A DNA stretch of 64,000 bases, from positions 1 through 64,000 of IMG/VR virus record IMGVR_UViG_3300023313_000003; one strand, given 5' to 3'. This stretch comes from a virus. This document shows positions 18,935-29,098 of this stretch, piece by piece. The stretch's first letter is position 1. The number at the start of each line of letters is the position of its first letter. The position numbers were made by a program, and so were the translations under genes. The notes beneath the pieces are model-generated. The model saw only the letters and a program-made list of their open reading frames with translations, was not told where the DNA came from and made no database searches.

Positions 18935-19791
18935 TATACAACCTTCATATAAGCTAATAAATAAACAAATTTTGGAGAAAGAATTTCAGTAGTTCCTCCT
19001 TCCTTGCCACCAGTTAGTGACCTTGCTCCTATTATATTATGAGTTTCACTACCATTACCAGTTAATTCTGTAGAAACTAAGGAAGTAGCTTGACTATTTC
19101 CGTCAACATAACCTTTAACTTGAGAGGCTGTGGTTATGCCTGATATGACCGATACATTTATTACACTTCCAGAAACACTTACTTGGCCAGGCCCGCCTAA
19201 AACATCAAAGTAAAAATTAAGCCTAATATCGTTTCCTACGCTTCCTTCTGCTTTTGCTGTATATCTTACATAATCTATTACTTTAGTTGCTCTCGTAGCA
19301 TTTACAGGAGCATCAGTAGCTAAATTTCCATGAGTATGTAGAATAGCACTTCTGATATTTGAACTTGCTGGATCTTTATTTCTGTTATCAATTGCTTGAC
19401 CTCCACCTCCACTAGCACTAGTTGAATGAGTATGGTCTAAGTTATGAGTATTAGTTCCACCTGAGTTGTTATTTATTATATCATTTGCCCCTCTAGGATA
19501 TTTTTCATTAAAATTAGGAGTGAATCGATTAAATATCCCAATAGTTCTAAGAGGAGAGTTTGGGTTTGTTATTTCACTACCATCACATAATTGCCAATAA
19601 TTAATATTTGGCAAAGTTACTCCTATTTGTGTTGCGTTAATATATATTATAGATCCAATAGGCATTAGATTTAATAGAAAGTTATTATTCATAGCCATTT
19701 TCTTCAATAATTCTTCATGGCCAGGAACATGTAAGTCAACTTCGTTTGAATGATACTCTGTAAAAATAGAAGGAACTCTTATATTTCCCAT
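18934..19791 (-). CDS. tail-collar/short-fibre protein with an inserted sheath-like module
   Basis: MPIGSII..WQLCDG..TPN..YPRG collar pattern, HxH motifs, insert at about 19006-19290. Confidence 0.75.
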   Translation of the reverse strand: MGNIRVPSIFTEYHSNEVDLHVPGHEELLKKMAMNNNFLLNLMPIGSIIYINATQIGVTLPNINYWQLCDGSEITNPNSPLRTIGIFNRFTPNFNEKYPRGANDIINNNSGGTNTHNLDHTHSTSASGGGGQAIDNRNKDPASSNIRSAILHTHGNLATDAPVNATRATKVIDYVRYTAKAEGSVGNDIRLNFYFDVLGGPGQVSVSGSVINVSVISGITTASQVKGYVDGNSQATSLVSTELTGNGSETHNIIGARSLTGGKEGGTTEILSPKFVYLLAYMKVV

Positions 19792-20861
19792 TATTGAATC
19801 CTTATATAAAATTTAACTGTTTGATATGGTGGTTCAATATTGAACTCAGACAAATCATTATTGACAGGGTGATTATGAAAATGGGCAGCTTGGCCTAATT
19901 GATGATCTGGATCTACGTTAGTAGGATTTTCATGATTAGGAGTATGACCTGTATGATTATGGGTGAACTTAAATATATTAATACCCCCTTCAGTTCCACT
20001 TAAACCGAATGAAGTTGGTATTTTTATATAACTCTCAATTAAATTAGGAGTATAATTTCTGACTTCTCCTACTGTTCTAAGAGGAGAGTTTTCATTTATA
20101 ATTTCATTTCCATTACATTCTTGCCACATATTAGGGTCAGGTTCAGGAACTCCTACTATGTTTGTCATAATTGGGACAACCATTCCTAATGGAATCATTG
20201 AATTTAGAATTATTGCATTATTATAAAGAGAAGTTGCAAAATCATTTGAATATATTCTGCCAAATTTTAGATCATCTTCACTTATATATTCTCCTACTAA
20301 GTTTGGTGGATTTGTAGGATCATTATATTCAAGGCCTCCATCTGTTCTCATGAAGTATTGAACCTCTAAATAAGGAGGAACAAAGTTTTCTGGATTTGTT
20401 AATGAAGTAGAGATTGCATGAGTATGAGGACTCCCATTTCTACTATCTGATCCTGCTTCTGAAGCTGGATTTGCTCTATCTGTTGCTATTCCAGTTACTC
20501 CTCCATGATTATGACTTAAATCTATAGTAGCACTCCCTCCATCAATTCCTCCTGAATGGAATCCTTTTAAGAACTTTTCTTTAAAATTAGGCATGTTTTG
20601 ACCAAACAAAACAGAGTTAACATTAGAAACTGGAGATCCATCACACCATTGCCAGTTTGCAGGATTTGGTGCTTGAATTGGATTATTAACTATATCTGTT
20701 TGGGAACTAAAAAAACTAAGAATCATTCCAACTGGCAATGCTCTATTCATCCACATTTGAAAATCTAATAACTTCTTCCATGTTCCTTTTGAAATAGTAG
20801 AACCAAAATCAGTTTCAACTTTTGTTAATATTTTAGGCTTTAATAGCGGTGTTTCAATCAT
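19791..20861 (-). CDS. tail protein with two tandem collar/HxH units
   Basis: Two copies of PxGM..WQxCxG..PN..HxH..HxH..PPY..V.Y/F..R. Confidence 0.78.
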   Translation of the reverse strand: MIETPLLKPKILTKVETDFGSTISKGTWKKLLDFQMWMNRALPVGMILSFFSSQTDIVNNPIQAPNPANWQWCDGSPVSNVNSVLFGQNMPNFKEKFLKGFHSGGIDGGSATIDLSHNHGGVTGIATDRANPASEAGSDSRNGSPHTHAISTSLTNPENFVPPYLEVQYFMRTDGGLEYNDPTNPPNLVGEYISEDDLKFGRIYSNDFATSLYNNAIILNSMIPLGMVVPIMTNIVGVPEPDPNMWQECNGNEIINENSPLRTVGEVRNYTPNLIESYIKIPTSFGLSGTEGGINIFKFTHNHTGHTPNHENPTNVDPDHQLGQAAHFHNHPVNNDLSEFNIEPPYQTVKFYIRIQ

Positions 20862-20869
20862 TTAAACTC

Positions 20870-23800
20870 CTATGGTGTATAATCTTTAGGGTGAAGAATA
20901 TAAGGTAATCTCCCATCTGAAAAATTATGAGATCCACCTCTTTGTTCTTCTATCTCTTGAGTTGTTGATGTTGCATAACCAACATTAGGTGGGCCATAAT
21001 AGGCTATCTTAGTTTTTTGGCTATCGATAGCAAAATCATAATTAGAGTATCTTACAAAAAAACCACCAGAAGAAAATCCAGCAGAATTTTTAGTCGTTAT
21101 CGTTACAGTTCCTATTAAATTTTCTATAAAAGTTAATCTATCACCTATTACTGTATCGATTGTAAGTGTTTGATGTAATGATATATCGCTTGCATTAATT
21201 ATATCTACTTTAAAACCTGATCTCCAAGCCTTACCTATAAAGGCATTTACTCTAGTTTCAGCATCTTCGCCATCAACTTGAGCTATATCTATATAGTTAA
21301 GCCCTACTTGAATTATATCTCCTGTTGGAGAAATATAAGGTGGAGTTCCTAAATTAGTTAATATAACATCTCCAAACTCTCCTCCAGCTACAATCCCATC
21401 AGGTACAAAGTCACCAAAAGCAGTAGTACCTAAAGACCATAATTTCATTTTAACTTCTAATGTATCTAAATCAAAATAAAGCTTCCTAACAAAACATGGT
21501 ATATTATTGAATCGCCTACCACTCTTAACTTGACCGCTAACACAGTCTTGATCAAAGAAATTTATAGAATAAAAGTCTGAGATTTGAGAGAATAGAAACC
21601 TAAACCCTAAAGTCACATCTATAAACTCAGGTTCAGCCGCAGCTAATCTAACGAATAAAGGCATAAGTTTATCTATATCATCTCTTAGATAAATAGTTTC
21701 ATGTTTAAGTGTTTTCTTTATCTCTCTACCTGATAGTTCAATCCCTGTTGGAGAGATATAAGTATCAGATTCTATTGTTTTACCACTTACATATTTTTTC
21801 TTATACCTAGTCACAGCAGAATTAAAGTATTGATTGTATTCTTTTTTAGGTTTAAAAGTTTTTAATTTAATATCACCTTCACGAATATAGTCTCCATCAG
21901 TTCTAAAGTTATCAAAATGAATTTGGAATAAACTATACTTTAGAAACTTATTATGGATTACAGTATTATATTCTTGTAAATATTTATTGATATAAGTTAT
22001 AACATTTGTTTTAGCGTCTATATATATTCTTGATTTATAGGCTGAAAGATTCTCTCTACATGTCTGATTCCATTTTAAATGAAAATCAAAAGAAGTTCTT
22101 CCTGAATATTTATGTAGTAAGTCTCTAGCTATAAACCCAGCATTATCATTTGCATTAGGAAATTCGTTATAATTATAAACAGTTCCATTAGTTCTATTTA
22201 AAACAAAAATAGTTCCATCTTGAGCTGAAGAAACCCCGATAGGGAAATCAAAACCTTCATCAACTTTAGATAACAAGAAATCACTTCCTGAGATTAAAGT
22301 TCCATTAGAAGGATTAATCCTATAAAATTTTAGAGTCGATCTATCAACTACACATAATTCATTTTTATTAACGTCAATACTTAAGTCACTAATATCTATA
22401 GCTAAAGAATCAAATATATTTCGATTAAAAGTATTTAATACTGTAGGGCCTAATGCACTAAAAGGATTAACTCTATAGAAATTACCAGTAAAGTTATCAA
22501 CAAAAGTTAAAACATTACCAGCATCAATAGTTAAACCAAAAGAAGAATTTAAGTAAGTATTTAATCCTATAATATCTAATGTTGAAAACTTAATACCAAC
22601 TGAGTTATCTATGTTTACTCTATATACAGTTGAAGTTGGCAAGTCCATTATCCATAATGATTTATCAAATTGCTCAGTTATCCCTGTAATCTCTGTAATG
22701 CTTGGATCAATTACTGAGAAATCTATTTCTCTTATTAATACTCCATCATTACTTATTTCGTATAATTTCTTAGAAACATTATCTGCTGTCCATATACTTT
22801 GACGTAATGTTGCAGATAAACCTGTTGGAACTAAATCTATTATATTAACATCTGCTAATCTAAAAGCTGATATTGTAGTAATATCTTTACCAAGACAAAA
22901 CACAGAAATTCTATCTCCACTTTTAAATGTATATCGATCAGTTAAAACACTAAAAGTATCATTCTCAGTAAAAGTTATCCCACCAGTTAATGTTAGTTGC
23001 CCTGAAGAAACTCCTGCAACTATAGCTGGAGTGTTAACTCCCTCCCTGTAAACAATATCGCCAATCCTAACTCCAAGAGTAACAAAATCAACATCAAAAC
23101 TAGGAGAAGTTAACGAGTTAATGCTAGAACCAGCACCAGCTTTCTTCTGTTTGATGATTGCATAATTTTCAGCTAATGAAGGCACTTGGGTATCAATTAG
23201 AAATCTTCCGTTTTCTGGCTGTTTAATGACTGCTGAATCTAAAAATTGAATTGGCCCTTCGTCCCCTTCTTTTCTTGAACCTCTATGCAAATATAAATTT
23301 CCTATACTTCTTAAAGAGTTTACTGCTATTTGAAATATCATAGTTGAGCTTAAAGAATCGATAGCATTAATACATGTCGCAGGAATCTCACCATAATCGC
23401 CTACTTCAACTGTCCAATCTCCATAGATTAGAGGAACAGGTCTACCTTTAGCATTAACATCTACACTAGGATAAGTTGTTTCATCATAAGCAGTTGGAGG
23501 TAAAGGAACTTCATCTTTATCAAATTTATCATAACATTTTACAGTTACATCTTCTCCTGAAGTAACCAATCCTTGCTTTCTTGAAACAAAGCCTTCAAAT
23601 ATATGGTGATAGTTTGATAGTTTTTCTCCAAAACCAATCCTTACAGATACTTTATTACCTATCCATTGAACATATTCTGCCCCTTGAGCTAAATATTTAT
23701 TAAAAAATCCATCTCTATTGTTTAGAGTGAATTTCATATCTCCAATTTCAAAGTTAGGGGTCAACCATTCACCAACAGTTATGTTTATTGTTGGTGCTTT

Positions 23801-24148
23801 CCTACATCTTGCTTCGTAAAATCTAGGATTGCCTTCGTTGTCTTCTACATATATGTTTTGGTTGCTTACTCTTATTGTCGTGGTTGAGTTTATTTCAATA
23901 TCAGCTATCCATCTTAAATTAATAAAAGGGAAGGAGGCATCTAATGTTTCTTGATCTAATTGAGCGTCACCTAACCACATATATCTGTCAGGATCAAAAG
24001 CAAAAAATTTAGGAACTATTGTTCCTGAAGAAATTCCTGAACCAGCAGGGCCACCAGATACAAAATTAAACTCTCCAACATGGTTTAAATATCCAACTTG
24101 ATTCCCTGTATAAAAATATCTAAACTTTCCTGTTTGATTGCATGACAT
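20870..24148 (-). CDS. central tail-tip/hub protein with a beta-propeller insert
   Basis: PVPLIYGD motif of siphophage tip proteins; repeated blades (PTGLS..IWTAD, ITGIT..LWIMD, PIGVS..IFVLN). Confidence 0.7.
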   Translation of the reverse strand: MSCNQTGKFRYFYTGNQVGYLNHVGEFNFVSGGPAGSGISSGTIVPKFFAFDPDRYMWLGDAQLDQETLDASFPFINLRWIADIEINSTTTIRVSNQNIYVEDNEGNPRFYEARCRKAPTINITVGEWLTPNFEIGDMKFTLNNRDGFFNKYLAQGAEYVQWIGNKVSVRIGFGEKLSNYHHIFEGFVSRKQGLVTSGEDVTVKCYDKFDKDEVPLPPTAYDETTYPSVDVNAKGRPVPLIYGDWTVEVGDYGEIPATCINAIDSLSSTMIFQIAVNSLRSIGNLYLHRGSRKEGDEGPIQFLDSAVIKQPENGRFLIDTQVPSLAENYAIIKQKKAGAGSSINSLTSPSFDVDFVTLGVRIGDIVYREGVNTPAIVAGVSSGQLTLTGGITFTENDTFSVLTDRYTFKSGDRISVFCLGKDITTISAFRLADVNIIDLVPTGLSATLRQSIWTADNVSKKLYEISNDGVLIREIDFSVIDPSITEITGITEQFDKSLWIMDLPTSTVYRVNIDNSVGIKFSTLDIIGLNTYLNSSFGLTIDAGNVLTFVDNFTGNFYRVNPFSALGPTVLNTFNRNIFDSLAIDISDLSIDVNKNELCVVDRSTLKFYRINPSNGTLISGSDFLLSKVDEGFDFPIGVSSAQDGTIFVLNRTNGTVYNYNEFPNANDNAGFIARDLLHKYSGRTSFDFHLKWNQTCRENLSAYKSRIYIDAKTNVITYINKYLQEYNTVIHNKFLKYSLFQIHFDNFRTDGDYIREGDIKLKTFKPKKEYNQYFNSAVTRYKKKYVSGKTIESDTYISPTGIELSGREIKKTLKHETIYLRDDIDKLMPLFVRLAAAEPEFIDVTLGFRFLFSQISDFYSINFFDQDCVSGQVKSGRRFNNIPCFVRKLYFDLDTLEVKMKLWSLGTTAFGDFVPDGIVAGGEFGDVILTNLGTPPYISPTGDIIQVGLNYIDIAQVDGEDAETRVNAFIGKAWRSGFKVDIINASDISLHQTLTIDTVIGDRLTFIENLIGTVTITTKNSAGFSSGGFFVRYSNYDFAIDSQKTKIAYYGPPNVGYATSTTQEIEEQRGGSHNFSDGRLPYILHPKDYTP

Positions 24149-24582
24149 TATTGATCGTCCTTCATGGCTTTAAGTTTTTCGAGAAGTTTAGTTGGAACTG
24201 GCCAACCTAGTCTTCCTGCATTTTCTAAAATTGAAATACATTCGGTTGCTGCTAGGAATAATTCCATAACATACCCTGCTAAATGGAATCCAATGATTTT
24301 ATCAAATAAGTGACCTGTCATTATTAGTATTAAATATACACAAGATTTATAAGCTACCCTAAGAAATCCTCTACTATATATATTTTTATTTTTAATAGCC
24401 AAGAAGACACCAGTAATAGTATCAAAACAAATTAAGCCAAGTAACAAATAAAAGTTAGAGGGGTTATTATCGAATATATAAATAAATACTGTACCTATAC
24501 TTATAAAAATTGTCTTTAATGCATTTATAGTGAACACGCTGCCAATTATTTCTTTTACTGATATTGCATTTTGTATTTCCAT
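24148..24582 (-). CDS. holin (toxin secretion/phage lysis holin type)
   Basis: TM segments with DTITG, E..SILENAGRLG.PVP. Confidence 0.85.
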   Translation of the reverse strand: MEIQNAISVKEIIGSVFTINALKTIFISIGTVFIYIFDNNPSNFYLLLGLICFDTITGVFLAIKNKNIYSRGFLRVAYKSCVYLILIMTGHLFDKIIGFHLAGYVMELFLAATECISILENAGRLGWPVPTKLLEKLKAMKDDQ

Positions 24583-24593
24583 GATAATCCTAA

Positions 24594-24617
24594 AAGTAGG
24601 AGATTTCTCTCCTACTT
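24594..24617 (-). terminator. stem-loop, probable terminator
   Basis: 10-bp stem AAGTAGGAGA/TCTCCTACTT with a GAAA loop on the minus strand, between the fibre and holin genes. Confidence 0.65.
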
Positions 24618-24624
24618 ATTTTTG

Positions 24625-27600
24625 TTAGATTTTATTAAAATTAAATAGCATCCCTTGTATATTTGAAGGATCTTCATCACTAACTTTACTTAAAGTAACT
24701 TTTAAGGCTAAGTCTCTTCCTGTAGAGATTGTAGATTTATATTTTAGTAGATGATCTTTAGTTTCGACAACAGAAGTTGCTTCATCAGTAAAAGCTAATT
24801 CTAATTGAGCAATATTTCTATCATAAGAAGCCCATGTATTTTGTTTTAGTCTTCTATAAATAAACTTATCACCAAGATTACGAACGTGTTTAACATCCAT
24901 CTCTTCTTCCATTCTAATTAATCCATGATATGCTGGTCTATCTGCTCCAACTATCAATTTCATAACACCAAGCTTTCCATGCCAATCGTAAGATCTATTA
25001 TAATAATATCTTCCGATATAACTATATTGATAACCTGTTGAGTTGTTTCCAATTACTTTTCCACCTTTCCCTCTATTTTTGTCTCCAAAGATAAAAGGTA
25101 AATCTTCCCAAGTTACCCCATCAAGACTTCTTTCAATAAAAAATCCAGTATCAAATCGTCTACCATATCTCACAAAATGATGAATATCTTGCCAAGCATT
25201 TGATATAGTTTTATACGCAAAGCCAGCACCAGTTGGGTTCTCTATAATATGCATATAATATTGTTTAGTGTTTATCCCGAATTGACCAAATCCCTCTCTA
25301 TTAAATGCCATATTCCATGTATTATCCATGTCAGTAGCATTAGGAGACATTTCTATTTCTAAGCAAAAATCTCTTGCGCCAGGGAATAAATCATACTCAC
25401 CATATCTATACATTAAATTATGAGCAGAAACTTGGTACGCAAATCCAGCAAGGAAATCAGCATCTTCAATTATTCCACCAGCAGCTCCAGTATTTTTTAT
25501 CATTAAAGCTGCGTTAGCATCAATCGATTCGATATATACACCACCAAAAGCTCTGTATGAAAATTGTCCAACTGGATCTGCTATCTTACCTGTTCTTTCG
25601 TCTAGTCTTTGAGAAGAAGTATCTCCTAGATTTACACCCCACTTTAAAAATGGATCAGCCCTATTCTGATCAATACCTAAAATTTTAGCTGGAGCGGCGA
25701 TAGGAAGATTATAAATCCCTGCACTATCATCTATTTCACCATAAAAAGTTCTAGGACTTGATCCTTCACCAGTGTAAAGCCCATTGTTTGTTTGATAGAA
25801 ACCTGAGTTCCTATAAGTAACCATCATTTTTTTATTTAATGGATCTCCTACCATTTCCAAAGTTCCTTCAGAATCTTCAGAACCCCAATGATTAACTAAA
25901 TGAGATGGCCCCATCCAGTTTGTATTATTTTGTAATTGGTGAATTGGAGAAATATAATAATCATAAAATCTCATAAACATATTATAATTTTGATTCTCCC
26001 ATACTCCATTATTTAATCTAAGATAATTAGAACTAGCTTGAGAAGTTGCTGCAAATCTAATCATACCTCTAAAAGTTGTGCTTAAGCCTGTTGGATTAAT
26101 CTCAAGAGCATCTGAAGGATTCCAGTTCCCTTCAACAATAAAAGCAACTTGTTGTCCTACGTTTAATCTTAAATCATCAAAATTAAAGAAGTGCCATTTA
26201 ACATCATCATATTGGCATATATCAAACTCTCTAATTTGATTTGATGTTGCTATAACATTTGTTTCATCTGGAACTCCAGCGACAACTGCAACACATTTAA
26301 TCCAGATATAATGATTAGGATTATAACAAGCTTCAGAAAAATAAGTTCGAGCCATATATAATGACATTGTTCTTATATGGAATTTTCCATCAAAAGATCT
26401 TGTAGCATAACCTAGACTATTACCTCTATTACTAACTGAAGGAACAGTGAATAACTGAGCTAACTTATCTCCACGATCAAGACTTACTGCTGCTTCAGAT
26501 AAATGAACAAAATTTAATGCGCCAGGTGCTTGTTCATAATGATAACCTTGAAGTTGAGTATAGTCTGGGATTTTTATAAAATATGATTGATGATAATCAT
26601 AGTCATAATTTATATCTCTAAAATCATTGACAATATAAATTGTATTTCCTACCACTCTCATTCTTTCTTTATAAAATCTTGCCCATGCACCTGTGCTTGA
26701 AGATAAAGATCCATCATAGCTCCAGTTTTGATAAAGAGATTGGTTCAGATATAAATAAGATCCAATATCATTGTGATAAATATAATCAGTGTGATCTAAA
26801 TTATGAAGCCAAACAGGAAAAGCTCCAAAGTCTGTAGAAATATCAGTAGTGATTACTAAAGGAACTGTCGCATTTGTTAATGTACTATTAGTTATTGTTA
26901 CATCTATTTGTTCTTTATTGAATAAGAAATCAATAACAAAACCTGTTGCCCAATCTCCACTTACAGTTACATCACCAATATTAAGCCAAGCATAATTAGC
27001 AATTATAGCTGCTTCAAAGTCTACTGCTGTCATTCCAAAAGTTAACATACCAATTTTTGTTTCAACAGGAGTCGCTTGATCAAATCTTTCTAATGAGAAA
27101 TCAGCAACACCAGCATCAGGAATCGCATCAAAAGTAAATTTAGTATGTGAATATCTACCACTATGAGTTCTGCCTAAATTTAAGGTATATAAAAATAACT
27201 CAGGAGATGTACTATCTTGTTTAAGAATAACTAACTCTTTACTATCTGTTATAACCCAACTTAAGAATCTATTAGTAGCTGCATGTTGGTGAGCAAAAGA
27301 TGTTTGTGTTTTAGTTCCACCTTTTAATGAGGCAGTAAAAGCATTTTCATATCCTATATTGGTATGATTAGTTCCTGCATTATCAATCATTGCTTGAGGA
27401 ATAGTAACCGCATAAGCATGACCATTGTTATGATTTGTTGACCAGAATAATTTCTTTTCACCTTCTATTATTTCCCAAAAGAAAATTGCAGGATAATGAT
27501 GTTGCCAGTGATCAACTCCAATTAAATATGAATAATTCATGTAGACCATATCTTTATTAGCCCAATCAATTATATAATGATTACAGTATGGATCATTTAG

Positions 27601-29088
27601 ATGATTACTATAAGCAACAGAACAATGTCCTGTACTCCAATCCATTGCTAATGCTTGATCATACATATGATAATTAGCTCCAATAGTAACTTGTCCTAAA
27701 TTATGATGGGAAGAAGGGAATAATTTAGTCCAAAAAGTAACACCACTCATATCTCCAAAGAAGTATTGATTCTGATGATAACCATTGTTTGAATATTGAT
27801 AATGACCAAAAACAAATTTACCACTATCGTCTACATCAAATAACCCATCATTCATCCAGTTAGCAAAATTGTCCGTTCCTTCTGCATACTGACCAGTTTG
27901 ACTTGCTCCATCTTGTGACCAGTGAGATTGAAAATCTTGAACTTGGTTTATTGTTTTTAAAAAGTCTGTAGAGTACCAAAGTAAAGTTGTGTTTGAGTTA
28001 GCTGCTCTTTCTACTTTAGCTGCAATTAATGTATATTGTTTACTTGGTGATTGTTTAACAGTGATATGGTTAACTGCGCCAGGCAAATTCTTTTGTATTT
28101 CATGTAATAAAGGTTTACCTAATATTCTTTTAGCATCTAATGAATGAGCTTCCTCTAATGAAAGAGCTGATAATGTCCCTGCAAGTCCATCTCCAGCAGA
28201 TTCTACTACAATATTAAAAGGAGCAAATCTAACTTTTGTAAACCAATCTGCAATAGTATAACCTAGAGTTAAGTCTAAAGTATTATCAGTTAATAATAAT
28301 GTAGTTTCTCGTAAAACATTATCATAAACAGGATTACCAGATATAGAAATAAGAGCTGGCTTATTTAAAGCATCTAATAGGAAGATATTTTTATCAGCAC
28401 CATTAACGCTAACAATTTCAAAAGCTAAAACTGTATCTAAATCTTTAAAATATCCAGTTACATCTCCATGAAAGGTAATAGTATGAGTTCCATCTAAGTT
28501 ATTAGTAATATCTTTAGGAGCTAATGATTGCAATGAGGCAACTAAGATACCTTCTGTATGATTAACTACACTAGAAGTTTTTTCTTCTCTTTGATAATTT
28601 CCAGTAGTGATACCTTGATCTAAAGTCATTCGACTTGATTCGATTAAGGCTGTACTAACTACTGAAATTTTAGAATCTTGAAAAGATTCAATAAAGTAAT
28701 CTGGATATTTACCAGATATATCTGCTATTATTTTTAATTCAGCATCATCCAATACTTTTAAGTAACCAATAGCATCTGCATTTGATCCTGTGTTATATAC
28801 ACCAGCACCAAAATTAATTTGTCTAACAATTCCTTGGTGCATATAATTTAAAGAAGAGGCTGTATGATTAATCCATACTTCACCTTCTCTCGCTGTTGCT
28901 GGATCTGAGTTCATTACTCTAACATTCATTACTTGTTCTGAACCATTCTTAAAGATAGAAAGTTTCTTAGTTGCTGAGTTGTACCAGATATGATCAGAGC
29001 TAGGTATAACAGGATCATCAGCTCTCATTTGAACTGCTACTTCAGTTGCTAAATTGTCAATCTTTGTAATGTGTGTTTTCTTTGCCAT
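24625..29088 (-). CDS. large tail fibre / receptor-binding protein (1487 aa)
   Basis: N-terminal DP..(I/V)W.N repeats, aromatic- and His-rich beta regions, position in the tail module. Confidence 0.7.
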   Translation of the reverse strand: MAKKTHITKIDNLATEVAVQMRADDPVIPSSDHIWYNSATKKLSIFKNGSEQVMNVRVMNSDPATAREGEVWINHTASSLNYMHQGIVRQINFGAGVYNTGSNADAIGYLKVLDDAELKIIADISGKYPDYFIESFQDSKISVVSTALIESSRMTLDQGITTGNYQREEKTSSVVNHTEGILVASLQSLAPKDITNNLDGTHTITFHGDVTGYFKDLDTVLAFEIVSVNGADKNIFLLDALNKPALISISGNPVYDNVLRETTLLLTDNTLDLTLGYTIADWFTKVRFAPFNIVVESAGDGLAGTLSALSLEEAHSLDAKRILGKPLLHEIQKNLPGAVNHITVKQSPSKQYTLIAAKVERAANSNTTLLWYSTDFLKTINQVQDFQSHWSQDGASQTGQYAEGTDNFANWMNDGLFDVDDSGKFVFGHYQYSNNGYHQNQYFFGDMSGVTFWTKLFPSSHHNLGQVTIGANYHMYDQALAMDWSTGHCSVAYSNHLNDPYCNHYIIDWANKDMVYMNYSYLIGVDHWQHHYPAIFFWEIIEGEKKLFWSTNHNNGHAYAVTIPQAMIDNAGTNHTNIGYENAFTASLKGGTKTQTSFAHQHAATNRFLSWVITDSKELVILKQDSTSPELFLYTLNLGRTHSGRYSHTKFTFDAIPDAGVADFSLERFDQATPVETKIGMLTFGMTAVDFEAAIIANYAWLNIGDVTVSGDWATGFVIDFLFNKEQIDVTITNSTLTNATVPLVITTDISTDFGAFPVWLHNLDHTDYIYHNDIGSYLYLNQSLYQNWSYDGSLSSSTGAWARFYKERMRVVGNTIYIVNDFRDINYDYDYHQSYFIKIPDYTQLQGYHYEQAPGALNFVHLSEAAVSLDRGDKLAQLFTVPSVSNRGNSLGYATRSFDGKFHIRTMSLYMARTYFSEACYNPNHYIWIKCVAVVAGVPDETNVIATSNQIREFDICQYDDVKWHFFNFDDLRLNVGQQVAFIVEGNWNPSDALEINPTGLSTTFRGMIRFAATSQASSNYLRLNNGVWENQNYNMFMRFYDYYISPIHQLQNNTNWMGPSHLVNHWGSEDSEGTLEMVGDPLNKKMMVTYRNSGFYQTNNGLYTGEGSSPRTFYGEIDDSAGIYNLPIAAPAKILGIDQNRADPFLKWGVNLGDTSSQRLDERTGKIADPVGQFSYRAFGGVYIESIDANAALMIKNTGAAGGIIEDADFLAGFAYQVSAHNLMYRYGEYDLFPGARDFCLEIEMSPNATDMDNTWNMAFNREGFGQFGINTKQYYMHIIENPTGAGFAYKTISNAWQDIHHFVRYGRRFDTGFFIERSLDGVTWEDLPFIFGDKNRGKGGKVIGNNSTGYQYSYIGRYYYNRSYDWHGKLGVMKLIVGADRPAYHGLIRMEEEMDVKHVRNLGDKFIYRRLKQNTWASYDRNIAQLELAFTDEATSVVETKDHLLKYKSTISTGRDLALKVTLSKVSDEDPSNIQGMLFNFNKI

Positions 29089-29098
29089 ATATTACTCC

